Under the pieces are notes generated by a model. The model was not told where the DNA came from. It saw nothing but the letters and a program-made list of their open reading frames with translations, and searched no databases. Below, piece after piece: positions 1 through 14,929 of a stretch of DNA of 62,608 bases. Numbering within the stretch: position 1 is the stretch's first letter; each line of letters begins with the position of its first letter. The translations under genes and the position numbers were made by a program. The stretch spans positions 128,149,075 to 128,211,682 of the forward strand of contig NC_068983.1 in NCBI RefSeq assembly GCF_001194135.2, given 5' to 3'. Source of the DNA: Octopus bimaculoides. Its lineage: Eukaryota.

Positions 1-85
1 TAATATATTTATATAGTATATGTAATATATTATATATATAATATATTAATATATATATATTTATATAATATATATATAGCATATA

Positions 86-125
<40 letters not shown>

Positions 126-859
126 ATATATAAATATAACATATATGTATATATATATATGTGTGTGAGTGTGTGTGTGTGTGTCTGTGTGTATCATCCT
201 CGCAAGTATTGTCACCAAGCGTACCGTCTTACATGCCCTCTTTCTCACACTTCAGTGCCTCTACAGGTGCACCCATAAATTTGGGGGTGATGTTAAGCGC
301 ATGTTCAGTTGCTCATTCAAAGCAGTTGAATTTTCCTTCTCTGTACCTTCAGAAATGCACACGTTTTCCTTATGATCCCATTTATGTCATGCACATCTTG
401 TACCGACACTAATCCTGTTCTCCAGTCCCCTAACCTCAAATACGCCACCCACACACTTACACACTTTAATACATTAACACACCTCCATTCACACACGTCC
501 TTTCGACTGCCCTTCTTCCATAACAGTACACATTTTACTCTCACGCATGCCTACATACCCACACCTCTAGTCTACCGTCTCCATAACACAGACGCTCACC
601 AATATGCTGACAGATCTACGGACACATATCTAATTTTCGTACGCGCACACGCATGTCCACCACCCCCCCCCACACACACACACTTTTATATACACCTTAT
701 TAGGCTTATTAGGCATACTTCACCCGTCTTTTCTTTCTCAATTCTCTGCTTCACTTTTATGAAAGACTAAGGCGATAAGCGTCAAATTTCTTTTCTCTTG
801 CTTTTGAAGCGATATTTCTTCCTTTATTGTTCATTGCATTTACCTTAATTTTATACGTG

Positions 860-920
<61 letters not shown>

Positions 921-1161
921 NNNNNNNNNNNNNNNNNNNNNNNNNNNNNNNNNNNNNNNNNNNNNNNNNNNNNNNNNNNNNNNNNNNNNNNNNNNNNNNN
1001 NNNNNNNNNNNNNNNNNNNNNNNNNNNNNNNNNNNNNNNNNNNNNNNNNNNNNNNNNNNNNNNNNNNNNNNNNNNNNNNNNNNNNNNNNNNNNNNNNNNN
1101 NNNNNNNGATGCTATATAACTAGTTGAAATGTACATACTCTCACGCATATTCACAGACACA

Positions 1162-1193
<32 letters not shown>

Positions 1194-1212
1194 TTCTCTC
1201 TCTCTATCTCTC

Positions 1213-1274
<62 letters not shown>

Positions 1275-1974
1275 GGGCACACGCCCACAGAGCGATCATG
1301 TGCACGCATAAATACTTAGTGTTTGGTAGTGAGGAGTTATTATTGTCCAGACCCTGTTTCACCATGATCGAGTAAAAGTTTCTTCAAATACGTTCCCTTT
1401 GTAAACTATTCCATTCGTTTACGAGTAACTACAATTAGAATGAATGTCCGTCCGGTTTACCAAGAAAATGGTAGGAGTGAAGTGAGAATGTTTTACATGC
1501 TCTTCGTAAGAAGTGCAGCGTAGAACATGTTTGCCCAAACTTTCACCAGAAATTAATCCTACTGTCTACTCTAGGAATCTAAAGTAAGACTCACAATGGT
1601 ATAGTGCTCTTACATATAGAGCGTTGCTTTTGTTGCTACATACACAAGCAACATTAAAAGCATCTAAAACAAGGCTACCCGAACTGACTGGCATACATTT
1701 GCTCACAGATACCGTCCAGGTTTAAATCAGCCTTTTTGTATCTAACCGACAAAACTCGCACTAAGCACTATGCCTAGCTTTTCTTCCTAGTACGTCAAAC
1801 TTTTGCAATTGCTCTCAACTCAAATCTTTTAAGTGCGTTTTCACTTAACTGTATTTAAGAGCACCATTCATGGCATTAATCCTACTTTCTGCAAAAGTCA
1901 TTGGCGTTGTCCTTTCCTCCTGACCTATTAAATTGTAAAATTAAGTTGATCTGGTGAAATGCCAAAGAATATAT

Positions 1975-2203
1975 TGTTATTGGTTTCAAATTTATACAAA
2001 ATGTCAGAAATTTTAAGACAGAGGCTCGGTCGATTGCATAGATTCCAGTGCTCAACTGATACTAATTTCACCGATCCCGAAATGGATATAATGAAAGGCA
2101 AAGTCGAACTCGGCAGAATATGAACACACAACGTAAAGTGAGATAAAATGCCGCTAAACATTTTTGCCCGGCTTGTTAACTATTTTTCCAGCTCGCCGCC
2201 TTA
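1975..2203 (-). mobile_element. SINE family A copy
   Basis: Reverse complement reads taaggcggcgagctgg...ctgccgagttcgactttgcctttcatt...aaatttgaaaccaataa. Confidence 0.75.
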
Positions 2204-4184
2204 ACAAAACCATCAATATTAACAGCGATAAAAACAACAGCTGACATCTTGAGGTGAGTGTCGCATCGTTTGTTGGCATCATGTATTTGATATATTTAGA
2301 TGTACGGAATATTTCATAGCTGAAGTTCATAAGGTTATCAAAGAGACAGTTACCTTCGTAGTGGTGAATATCTGATCGGTATCATAGGAGTACTGTCTTA
2401 AGTAATGAGTTACTGGTCGATGTCAGAGGAGAATTTACGACAGTGTGGAAAACAGCCGGAGGGGTACATTCTTAGGGGGTAAATTACAGGTCAATATCAC
2501 AGCAGTTTTCCTTGATGGTTGATGAGTTACCGTTCAGTAATCAATAAGTACTATTCCCTAAACAAGAGGTATTATGCCAATGTCAGGAATGAATATTACT
2601 AACTGGGAGGAAATATGTAAAGACAACATAGAAAACTATGGATTTTCTCCTGTGGTTCACAGGTAGGTAGATCGCTGATGGCCCAAATATAAATACTTAA
2701 TCTTGACAGGCAGTATATGGAAATAACAAATCGTTTAATTGATGACACGTCATGTCTGACCAATCGCCTTATCAATCAGTCTTATATTATTAAGGTAACA
2801 GATTAAGGTATTTAATATACTCTCACGTCTTGTAACCGTTTTAGAATAAATATATTGCAGCTTATAAATGCAGAGATATACATCCGTAGAGATAAACAGT
2901 TGCATACACTCAGGTATGGATACACGTTCATTCAAAGATAATCACATTAAAGACGGCTTTAGGTTCATACACACATGCACACAGATAAAACTGAGAGACA
3001 CGTACATCTTGACAGGTTTTGTGCGCGCATGTGTATATGTATGTGTGTAAAAGTATATACATACACACGCACATATGGACACAAATGTATATGTGTCTAT
3101 CAATATGTGTGCATGTGTGTCTATTTATCTCTGTGTGTATGCACAATCCCTCATAGCCAAAGTAAAATATTAAGCTCTACTTCTTCCTACTCTTCAACTT
3201 TTCTGTCTTTCAAATTTTCTTTTCCTCATTCGTTCTCAAACACTCTCCCCATACTTTTAGATCGTCCTTCCATCACATCTTGCTTACATTCTCAACGTCT
3301 CTCTCAGTTCCAATTTCAATATGTCTTGCGTTCAATAAACATTTCAAATATAGCTCGGTGTTTTAGGAAATGTAATTGCTTTCTGCTATGAATTATGCCT
3401 ACATGCAGCCCGTATATACACATACAAACGCATAAATACATGTAAATGTGTATCCATATATTTGTGCGTGTGTATGCGTGAGGCAGAAGTAGAACTAAAG
3501 AATCAGATTATAAAAACTCTCAAAAATTTCTCAAATTGGAATGTTCAACATTTCACCATCATCTCGTTAAGAGCTCTATTCAAAACGTTTTGTTCTCTAA
3601 CTTCTTCCACATACCAAACACATATATTCCATATTGTGACCTGTTCCCTGTTTCTACCGCGTCATCGGTAACAAGTATCGACTATCAATCGAATGTTAAG
3701 TTAAATTTCTTTCGAATCGATCACGTTGTATTTGATTCGTTATTATTCATCGACTGACGATTCGATTCGGGTACGTGATATCGATAAGCCACAAAAATAG
3801 TGAAATATCAGTATCCATCACTCCTGAACGGGTCCGAGGTGCGTTGTTTTGCCTGTCTATGACATTCAAGTATTTTAACACTTAGCGTAGTGAGCAAGTT
3901 GTACCCCAGATGGTACACAACAGCGAACCGGTGAACAAATAAAGCACATCCTCAAGCGAAAGAATTTGGTTTTCGAAATCCGCGCCACAGCAACAAGGTT
4001 TTTGGCAATAATTAATCAACAAATATAACTTGCTAGGAGAAACAACTCAGTTCTTAGATCGACAAATCTACTACTTCCTATCTGTCTCTGTTAAGCTCTC
4101 TCTCTTTTACACCTTCCACTCTCTATATATATTTAGCTCAACTTTTATCACTGTGTATAACTCTCACACACACTACTCCCCACG

Positions 4185-4217
<33 letters not shown>

Positions 4218-4524
4218 ATCTCTCTCTCTATCTATCTCTCTCTTGATATGACATAATTGATCTCACTTTCTTTAAAACATCGTCTTTGTAATGCTTAACT
4301 CCATTTTATGATAGACAGTTATAACGCATAAAATGCTACCATCCAAACCATGTTTTTCATTCGGTTATGAAACATTAAAACTCTATCACGTTTTTCTCTT
4401 TTTCTTTCTGGAATAAATGAATCACAAAATCGAGTTCAGCGTGAAAAAGTACATCAGCATACCAAATTTCCTAATTTTCACTTAATTTTACAATTTCAAA
4501 ATCTGTGACAGCAACAGAAACATT

Positions 4525-4590
<66 letters not shown>

Positions 4591-4650
4591 GCTTTCTCTT
4601 TTCTTCTTTCTCTCTCTCTGTTTGTATTTTCATCTCTCCCACGCTGTCGT

Positions 4651-4686
<36 letters not shown>

Positions 4687-5089
4687 ACTTACTCTTTCTC
4701 ACATACACACACACACAATATATAGCTCCTTCATTTACGTTTTGTTATAGTATACTCTCCCATCTCTATATATTTACCACACTTTTTGTATATGTATATT
4801 ACTCATGGTGTGTGTATGTGTGTGTGTAAGGAATTTCATTATGGTGACAAAGTCAAAAGAACCTCACAAAGCATCAGCTGCGAGGTAAGAAAAATCTTTA
4901 TGCACCAAATGGCAAAACAAAACATTAATTTATCGATACATCATAAATTGCTCCAAATATTGCAAAAATCTGTTTTGATCAAGACGCCTATCCGTCGGAG
5001 AAGACACGGTCTTACATGGAACAAAAAATAATAATTGAAATAAAGGCAGTTTGTTATGAAAATTCCCCGGCAACGATGAGACACTCAGC

Positions 5090-5124
<35 letters not shown>

Positions 5125-6928
5125 TGTGTGTGTGTGTGTGTTAATGTTTCATTTACGTTCCGTCATAAAAACAATTTTACATTAGTCTGATGGGTTACTC
5201 TATACTTTTCTGGAGTACAAATTTATTATTCTTAAACAAGAATGTTGTTGACTTCGAAGTTGCAGCCACTTAAGCCATATATATATATATATTGATTAAG
5301 GAATACACAGCTTAATGCATAGTGAGTAACCACACCTACAAACTTGTACACTGAAGCGACATGTACCCCCGTTTCATGAGTTATATCAAAATCTAGACAA
5401 AAACATAAAGGCAGTCAATAGTGGAAATATATTTTCTCTGATAATATTTCATAAAACCATAATGAATGTACGTTATACTATCATGCGTGAGACACAAGAT
5501 ATATTATGTTCCAAGATATTTATTTAGTGTATATGTATGAATATGTGTGTGTGTGCATAAAGGTATGTATATACGCACACATATTCATATAATCAGAAAG
5601 AGAGGGAGTGAGAGTAGTAACAAACTTAATAACCACTTCGACATTTAACATTTCATTGTTTATTGATCAAGTCATCTGGGAGGAAATATATTAATCACTG
5701 AAAGTTAATGATAATATTGTTTCTAATAATATTTCCAAATATGGCAATATATATATATATATATTTCTATAAATTCTCTAATATTCACACACTGCACACA
5801 TACACAACACACACACACACACAACCACACATGCACACAAACACACATGCGCGAGCACACAAACACACATGCGCGAGCACACGTACATAGCAGCGCCAGA
5901 ATGTATTTAACTTATCTTCTTTATTTTACCACGAAGAGATATGTTGGTAATAATTTATTACCAAAGTGTCTGTGTATTTTCCACCAACAAGCAGAGTTAT
6001 TTCTAGAACTATAATTCAAACACAATGCCGTAGATATACACAGAGCAAAAGCAAACTTCTACGAAACGTGACAGACAACAACTATTTAAATGTCAAAACT
6101 ATGGCTCTCTAAATCACACTACTATTAAATACTGTAAAAAGGTTCGCTGATATCCTAACTTTTCCTTTTCTTGCTATGGTAAATTATCATCTCAGAAAAA
6201 AAAATAATAATAAATAAATAAAATACAGTCGGTTCAGTGTGTGGTGATTAAGTAAACTAAGTAATCTAATATTGGCTCGTGAGGTTAGAAATCTAGATTG
6301 CTTTTAAAATGTTCAAGGTTTCGGATAACTGCCGTTAATACAATAAAAATGCCTATGACAATAATAATTTTGCATTATAAATACCCATCTTTGGTGTACA
6401 ATGCAGATATATATATATATATATATATATTAATATTCTCCCAAAGAGCCTGAGGAATCTGTACAAAGTAGATNNNNNNNNNNNNNNNNNNNNNNNNNNN
6501 NNNNNNNNNNNNNNNNNNNNNNNNNNNNNNNNNNNNNNNNNNNNNNNNNNNNNNNNNNNNNNNNNNNNNNNNNNNNNNNNNNNNNNNNNNNNNNNNNNNN
6601 NNNNNNNNNNNNNNNNNNNNNNNNNNNNNNNNNNNNNNNNNNNNNNNNNNNNNNNNNNNNNNNNNNNNNNNNNNNNNNNNNNNNNNNNNNNNNNNNNNNN
6701 NNNNNNNNNNNNNNNNNNNNNNNNNNNNNNNNNNNNNNNNNNNNNNNNNNNNNNNNNNNNNNNNNNNNNNNNNNNNNNNNNNNNNNNNNNNNNNNNNNNN
6801 NNNNNNNNNNNNNNNNNNNNNNNNNNNNNNNNNNNNNNNNNNNNNNNNNNNNNNNNNNNNNNNNNNNNNNNNNNNNNNNNNNNNNNNNNNNNNNNNNNNN
6901 NNNNNNNNNNNNNNNNNNNNNNNNNNNN

Positions 6929-6969
<41 letters not shown>

Positions 6970-8534
6970 ATTGACACAAAAAAATGGCACACAATACATT
7001 CAGCTGGAGGTACATATAATATTCAATGATAGTTTGCCGCGGCTCAATTCGACGTCAAGTTTTGCAAAATGAATCTATAGTGTCAGGTATCTAGATATAC
7101 CAGACGAGGTACCTATATACGTGTATGGATGGATGGCTGAATGTGTAGATGGATGGATAGATGCGTATGTGTGAATGAAAGAATGTATATGCGAAATGAA
7201 TATGAAGACGTTAGACATAGCCGCACTAATTCGATACTTGTCCGTAGCGTGTGTCATTTTCCGTAAATGTCTCAACAAAATTCGTAACTTTATATATAAG
7301 AAGTATTAAATGATAAATTCAATTTTATCGTTGTATACTTACTGGTATATGTAACATACATAATTATATATAACGTACATAATATAAACACACATATATA
7401 TATATATATANNNNNNNNNNNNNNNNNNNNNNNNNNNNNNNNNNNNNNNNNNNNNNNNNNNNNNNNNNNNNNNNNNNNNNNNNNNNNNNNNNNNNNNNNN
7501 NNNNNNNNNNNNNNNNNNNNNNNNNNNNNNNNNNNNNNNNNNNNNNNNNNNNNNNNNNNNNNNNNNNNNNNNNNNNNNNNNNNNNNNNNNNNNNNNNNNN
7601 NNNNNNNNNNNNNNNNNNNNNNNNNNNNNNNNNNNNNNNNNNNNNNNNNNNNNNNNNNNNNNNNNNNNNNNNNNNNNNNNNNNNNNNNNNNNNNNNNNNN
7701 NNNNNNNNNNNNNNNNNNNNNNNNNNNNNNNNNNNNNNNNNNNNNNNNNNNNNNNNNNNNNNNNNNNNNNNNNNNNNNNNNNNNNNNNNNNNNNNNNNNN
7801 NNNNNNNNNNNNNNNNNNNNNNNNNNNNNNNNNNNNNNNNNNNNNNNNNNNNNNNNNNNNNNNNNNNNNNNNNNNNNNNNNNNNNNNNNNNNNNNNNNNN
7901 NNNNNNNNNNNNNNNNNNNNNNNNNNNNNNNNNNNNNNNNNNNNNNNNNNNNNNNNNNNNNNNNNNNNNNNNNNNNNNNNNNNNNNNNNNNNNNNNNNNN
8001 NNNNNNNNNNNNNNNNNNNNNNNNNNNNNNNNNNNNNNNNNNNNNNNNNNNNNNNNNNNNNNNNNNNNNNNNNNNNNNNNNNNNNNNNNNNNNNNNNNNN
8101 NNNNNNNNNNNNNNNNNNNNNNNNNNNNNNNNNNNNNNNNNNNNNNATATATATATATATATATATACACGTTTATATATTCGTTTTACAAGATTCGTGG
8201 TGTGAATTCGTTTGTTGAAGCAGATATTGTTGTATTTGGGGATGGTCATTTTTCCAGTTTAGCCAATGAAACACATGCACTATATATTTGGTGTTCACCT
8301 ACTTTAGTTTTATTTCATATTCATTGCTTATAGTGCGTAACACTTCTGTGACCTCATCAGTGGTACTTTGCTTTCTTTTTGTATCTCTCCTTCCTCACGA
8401 TCTGCCATTTTGTATTCTTGTTGCATGTGTCTTTATTTGCGCATGCATATATCCATACGTGTGCCTATGTTTAGTAAGTCGGTGGGCTGAAATATGTATG
8501 TTACCTTTCATTATCAGTATCCCCTGTATATTCA

Positions 8535-9310
8535 CCTAGACGCCATATATAAATGGGATGAGGACAACAACATGCAGTTTCATGCAGGCAAATTCCAAGC
8601 CCACCCGTTACCAGTGTTCAGAAGTCACAACAACGATACTTTATACCAAAGGAGCGGAAATCCAATAATCGCATACGGTGCGTGTTCTTAGGATTGATAT
8701 AAGCAACGATGCATTGCTCCTCATCCATGCCACCAAGATGGTGGCATTGTGCAGGCGAATGACCGCATGAATGCTGAGATCCTTCAATACAAGGGACCAT
8801 GAAACTATACTGGTCCTATGGAGGACATTTGTCCTCAGCCGTCTGAACTACTGCTCGCAACCACCGTCACCCTACACTATAGGATTAATAGTAGAACTTG
8901 AGGCGGTTCAGAGATACTACACTAGGAAGACTGCATCAATGGAACAGCGGAGCTTTTGGGAGAGACTGAAATAGCTTCGAATCTAATCCCTGTAGAGAAA
9001 ACGGGAGAGGTACGCATTGATAGATGTATGGAAGATACTATAGGGGCACCAAACTTTGAAATGGGAGTTATAGCATAATTAGAAATGGACGTCACTGCAC
9101 TCTTCCAAAAGTCCCATGTGTCTCATCTAGGGCGAGGAAGATGTATTGCAATAGCTTAGGACTCACGGCCAATACATATTTAACACCTTGCCAAAATAAC
9201 TGAGGGACCTACATGGAGTGAGAGTAGATGTTTTCAAGAAAGAAATTGGTCACTTACTATCCAAGATCTCAGATGAACGGTCTTATTTCTACTGGCATAG
9301 TCCAATTAAG
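8535..9310 (+). mobile_element. CR1-like LINE 3' fragment (reverse transcriptase C-terminal region), decayed
   Basis: Translations YKWDEDNNMQFHAGKFQ and LRSFNTRDHETILVLWRTFVLSRLNYCSQ..SP...LEAVQRYYTRK...FWERLK match the CR1-clade RT C-terminus; stops and frameshifts present. Confidence 0.85.
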
Positions 9311-10229
9311 AATGTATAAATATGTAATTAAATATTTATTGTGTATCCTGAGGGCTTATGTTCATATATTTCCCTCAAACCGAATATTATTTCCTATTAA
9401 TTTTTAATAATTATCAAAGTTAGAAGAATGATTATGAGTAGGAAACTATAACTCAACGTTTTATTTATTACCGAATCACGCATCATTATATCAAATTACC
9501 CTAAAACCAAAAACCCGTCATTTTTGCTACTAATAGAATAGACTCCACTAATGTATCCAACGACCAGCTGCCTAAACAAAACTGGAGTGTACGTTACGTA
9601 TAGGTCACGACAACAGCTGCATAGCAAACGATGGTCTTCTTCACAGTTCTGTATTTCAATTCATATTTTGTATTTCGATTTGTAATATTATAAACTGTAG
9701 ACCTTTAGAAAACTTGATGCTCTTATATTCATATAGCACCGGCAACTAAAACAAACACTAGCGTAGTGAATGTAATTTAAATCTAATAAGTAGAGATCAC
9801 GTTTTAACCAAGAATAAATATTTATATCTAGCTATTCCTGTTGCTATAGTTCTTGTTCATGTTATTTAGCTCCAGGACAACTTTAATCAAAGACAATTCC
9901 AGCACGTAGTCGATCGAATGCCAAGAAGCAATCGTTTCGACAGACGATTCATACTTAATCATAAATAGTTTTTGGTAGTACTGCTTATTGAGAATAACAT
10001 TACGCAATGTGTCCTTTCTTTACAAAACGAAATACATTATGATAGACTTTTGCAGCTATTCGTAGCGGATCGAGAGGCTGCGGAAATGTTAGAGCAAATG
10101 AATGATTTTCCCTGTATTATTGATCCCAGTTGTTATCACTAGGTGATAAATGGAAATTACGTATATAATGCCGATATATTTTTACCGTACGAAGCACACA
10201 CACACATACACACACACACACACAAGTAT

Positions 10230-10410
10230 GTAAGTGACCTTCACATCTTGACAAATATTGCTGCTAAACTAGCGGTTCGGTAAAAGATTCAATAGAATAA
10301 GTTGCAGGTTTAAAAAATAAGTATTTTGGTAGATTCGTTCGACTAAAAACTTTGAGGGTGGTGCCTCAGTATGACTGCAGTCTAACGACTGAAACAAGTA
10401 AAGAAGAATA
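10230..10410 (+). mobile_element. SINE family C tail fragment
   Basis: agcggttcggtaaaaga..atagaataag...gttcgactaaaa...gtctaacgactgaaacaagtaaa. Confidence 0.65.
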
Positions 10411-11797
10411 TATGTATGTATATATGTGTGTGTATATATNNNNNNNNNNNNNNNNNNNNNNNNNNNNNNNNNNNNNNNNNNNNNNNNNNNNNNNNNNNNN
10501 NNNNNNNNNNNNNNNNNNNNNNNNNNNNNNNNNNNNNNNNNNNNNNNNNNNNNNNNNNNNNNNNNNNNNNNNNNNNNNNNNNNNNNNNNNNNNNNNNNNN
10601 NNNNNNNNNNNNNNNNNNNNNNNNNNNNNNNNNNNNNNNNNNNNNNNNNNNNNNNNNNNNNNNNNNNNNNNNNNNNNNNNNNNNNNNNNNNNNNNNNNNN
10701 NNNNNNNNNNNNNNNNNNNNNNNNNNNNNNNNNNNNNNNNNNNNNNNNNNNNNNNNNNNNNNNNNNNNNNNNNNNNNNNNNNNNNNNNNNNNNNNNNNNN
10801 NNNNNNNNNNNNNNNNNNNNNNNNNNNNNNNNNNNNNNNNNNNNNNNNNNNNNNNNNNNNNNNNNNNNNNNNNNNNNNNNNNNNNNNNNNNNNNNNNNNN
10901 NNNNNNNNNNNNNNNNNNNNNNNNNNNNNNNNNNNNNNNNNNNNNNNNNNNNNNNNNNNNNNNNNNNNNNNNNNNNNNNNNNNNNNNNNNNNNNNNNNNN
11001 NNNNNNNNNNNNNNNNNNNNNNNNNNNNNNNNNNNNNNNNNNNNNNNNNGTTTACACCTATGGACACTGCAGCTAAATCGCTTTAGCAAGACATTCGATA
11101 GTATTTCAAAAAGGGTACACAGGGTATGTAGTCTTAGATGTTCAAATAAACAGAAGGGTGACAGATGAACAAAATTTACTCGATCAGAGTTAACCAGGGG
11201 CTAAACAACAAGTAAGAAACTTTCAACGGTATCGCCATTTTACTTCACCTATTAAACATTTCCACACATTCAGAAATATAGAAATGATTCTCGGATGAAG
11301 AACAGAAATCAATAAAAATTGGAGATGAAATTTGCTGCTGAAAGAAAAAAAAATACATATTGAAAGTTTTATAATCAATTTAAAATCAAACTCGATGAGA
11401 TCACTTAATGAGGAATGGGATATTTCTGAAGTGATCATTTTTCTATTGAAATCAATTGAAATCAATGAAAAAATTCAGACAAAGATGGATCAAAACTGCT
11501 CTTAGATATTCTTGAGACAAAAAAAAATATATAAATGAATAAAATATTTAATTCAAAAATCATCACATTTATAATTTATTGAAATGTAAGTGGGAAGAGA
11601 AATAAATGGAGGAAGGAGCAGCATCTAAGAATACTTGAAGATAGCAAATTTTTCCTGTAAAATAATCTATAGATGCTGTACAGGAAATTTCAAGAACATC
11701 GCCGGAGTTATATTTTCAAATGGATGTTTGGAAAAAAAAATGTAAAATATTAATAGTACAATAATAATAATAATAACAATAATAATGATGATGATGA

Positions 11798-11831
<34 letters not shown>

Positions 11832-12349
11832 GCTATGGCTATTTTTTTGTTGCTCTTTATTATTATTATTATTATGATTATTATTATTATTATTCTCATT
11901 ATTATTGATGTTGACATACATATTAATGATAATATAAGGGACAAAGTGCTGAAGCAGTTCACCTCACGATCAAGCGATATCACGTTCAAACCCTCTGCGT
12001 AGCATTTTAAACATGTATCATTTTCTATGTAGTTGGATTGATATATAAAATTTGAATGAAATTAGGTGGACAAAAACTGGCGAGGAGTTTATATTTATAA
12101 AAGTAGCTCTACTGTTAACATCTATCTTTATCACGCTGTGTCATGCCGACTCTATATGAGAACTAAGCAAACATCACGCGTATCTATGGAATACTCTGCC
12201 CATTACAGGTCAATTTAAAGAATTGGATGATTGGTTGAAAACACAACCGAATGTTCAATGTCGAAAGCAACAGCTGATCTGCCACTGAAATCATTATTAA
12301 TGTAGCTGTTTTAGGTATTATATTTATATGATTTGCAGTGCCACGGCAT

Positions 12350-12388
<39 letters not shown>

Positions 12389-12767
12389 TAGTAGGTGTTG
12401 TAGTTGTTTCTTTTTAACAATTACAGTTTCGACCAGCTTGTCTTTTTTTTTATTAAAAAAACAGGCCATCTAAGACTACTTCAGAACGTTTTCAAACGAT
12501 AAAATTTCTTATGATATAATTAGATTGCTCTGTATAGCAGGTTGAACCACCTTATCAAAGCCACATGTTCCCATAGGAAGAGATGTTCAGAAAATTAAAG
12601 ATAGGCAGACAGACTGACAGACATGTAGGTGAGCAGAAAGACCAACAGAGAAACAGATATTGGATATAACGTGATCAAGTTCTTTTGTGCGGTGAATATT
12701 TTCACACTTCAAGAAATATATAAGAAGTGTATAATTTTTTTCGTGTATAGTTATACATACATACATA

Positions 12768-13159
12768 ATGTTGTTGTTGTTGGCACTCCGTCGCTTACGA
12801 CGTCGAGGGTTCCAGTTGATCCGATCAACGGAACAGCCTGCTCGTGAAATTAACGTGCAAGTGGCTGAGCACTCCACAGACACATGTACCCTTAATGTAG
12901 TTCTCGGGGATATTCAGCGTGACACAGTGTGACAAGGCCGACCCTTTGAATTACAGGCACAACAGAAACAGGAAGTAAGAGTGAGAGAAAGTTGTGGTGA
13001 AAGAGTACAGCAGGGTTCGCCACCATCCCCTGCCGGAGCCTCGTGGAGCTTTAGGTGTTTTCGCTCAATAAACACTCACGACGTCCGGTCTGGGAATCGA
13101 AACCGCGATCCTATGACCAATAGTCCGCTGCCCTAACCACTGGGCCATTGCGCCTCCAC
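12768..13159 (-). mobile_element. tRNA-derived SINE family B, young full-length copy
   Basis: Head gtggaggcgcaatggcccagtggttagggcagcggac...ggtttcgattccc with A and B boxes; (CAA)n tail; nearly collinear with 58283-58642. Confidence 0.92.
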
Positions 13160-13534
13160 ACATACATGCATACTTACAAATACATATATACACATAGGTT
13201 TGTCTATACACTTACGCATATGTATAAATATGTTCTTCATGTAGATTGTCTATGCATTCTCAATCGATATCGATGAATGTCTATCTGGAGATGTAAGGGT
13301 AAATTAGGAAAACAACTGGAAAGAAATAATTAGAGACGTATGCAAGAACTTCTCAATAATGCCTGCTGAACGGGTGGTAAAAACGATATAATTCATTGCG
13401 TTTCCTCATTACGTGGACTATCACTAAGGGGACTACAATCAACTGAATTTCCTAAAGTATACATGCTGAATATTCTAAGATTCTTTTCTGTTTTATAACA
13501 AAAAACAATGTACCAACTTTTCCTTTTAATTTTT

Positions 13535-13718
13535 GCTTGACATGTTTCAGTCATTAGATATCAGCCATGCAGGGGCATCCTCTTTGATAACTTTAAGCTG
13601 AATGAATCGATCCAATAAATATTATTTAAAGCCTGGTACTTGTACTATCACTCTCTGTTACCGAACAGCTAAGTTACTGGGACGTAAACACAGCACGAAA
13701 TCGGTGGTGGGGGACAAA

Positions 13719-13764
<46 letters not shown>

Positions 13765-13912
13765 TGTATGTATGTATGTATGTATGTATGTATGTGTATA
13801 TATACGATAGGCTTCCTTCCGTTTCTCTCTACCAAACATACTCACAAGGCTTTGGTGGGCCCGAGGCTACACTAGAAGACACTTACCATAGATGCCACGA
13901 AGTGGGACTCAG
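13535..13912 (-). mobile_element. SINE family C copy
   Basis: Reverse-complement matches to both the head (cacaaggctttgg, gaagacac) and the tail (gtttcagtcatt) of 44090-44548. Confidence 0.75.
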
Positions 13913-14639
13913 ACCTTGCCTTTACAAGCTTGTATACGCTTATATAAATATGCCGTGTATTTATAAATTCCTTTATAACTTGCACAATTTATTATATCGA
14001 ATCGTCTAGATGTGCTGCGTGCAACCAATGTCCACGTGAAAGCGATCTGATATTTCTAATAAAATTTCATTTGTTTGCTAATAAAACTCTACTGAGTTAT
14101 CCTTAGTTTCCTTTCTTTCAGAACTTTCCAAATTGCAAAGGTGATTTATAAACAACACTTATATATGTGTGTGTATAAGTATATTTTTGGGTATGTGCTT
14201 GAGTGAGTGAGTATGAACGTACTCAAATACATACATATATGCATGTATATCAATTTATCCGCCTCTCTCTCCCTCTCTTTCTCTCTCTCTCCCTCTCTTT
14301 CTCTCTCTCCCTCTCTTTCTCTCTCTCTCCCTCNNNNNNNNNNNNNNNNNNNNNNNNNNNNNNNNNNNNNNNNNNNNNNNNNNNNNNNNNNNNNNNNNNN
14401 NNNNNNNNNNNNNNNNNNNNNNNNNNNNNNNNNNNNNNNNNNNNNNNNNNNNNNNNNNNNNNNNNNNNNNNNNNNNNNNNNNNNNNNNNTTTATCTTGGA
14501 TTCAATAAGAATCAAGGCATATAAACCAATTGACTAGAGAGTATCATGCAGAGAGACAGAGAAGTAATCCATTATCAGTTTTAGTATATACTAAAACAGC
14601 ACTTGTGTGTACAGTAAATCTTCCTTTAAAGGATCGATT

Positions 14640-14900
14640 TACTTTACGGAGTCTCTATCTCAAGAGCTGTTTTTTTGCCGTTGTTGATTCGAACTTTTGA
14701 ACTCTCTTTGAAAATATTCTGGTGTGCACTGTTGGAATCTTGTTTTTACGGCAACATTCATATTGCCTGCACCAGGAAATCTATGTTCTCGAAGAGCATC
14801 TTTCATTCGGCCAAACAAGTCGCACGTTACTAGATCCTGGTTGTACGTTGAATGGTGGATCCATTTGATTGCCTGATTTGTTGCCAAAGATACGTCTGGT
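14640..14900 (-). mobile_element. mariner-like transposase C-terminal remnant
   Basis: IHHSTYNQDLVTCDLFGRMKDALREHRF...VAVK...EYFQ resembles HPPYSPDLAP.DF.LF..LK..L...RF. Confidence 0.8.
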
Positions 14901-14929
14901 TTCGTATTCTCAAGTTGAATGTGCATCAC

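Noticed and set aside
2192-2253. Apparent exon (ttccag...gag/gtgagt)
   Set aside because: The acceptor is the antisense head of a SINE A copy and the peptide has no recognisable similarity. It could only be a UTR exon, which is unsupported.
4896-4975. Frame reading TKWQNKTLIYRYIINCS, reminiscent of the MMP catalytic start (KW....LTYRI.NY), near RRRRHG in another frame
   Set aside because: In-frame stop shortly after, no polypyrimidine acceptor or suitable donor, and the motifs are in different frames; likely chance.
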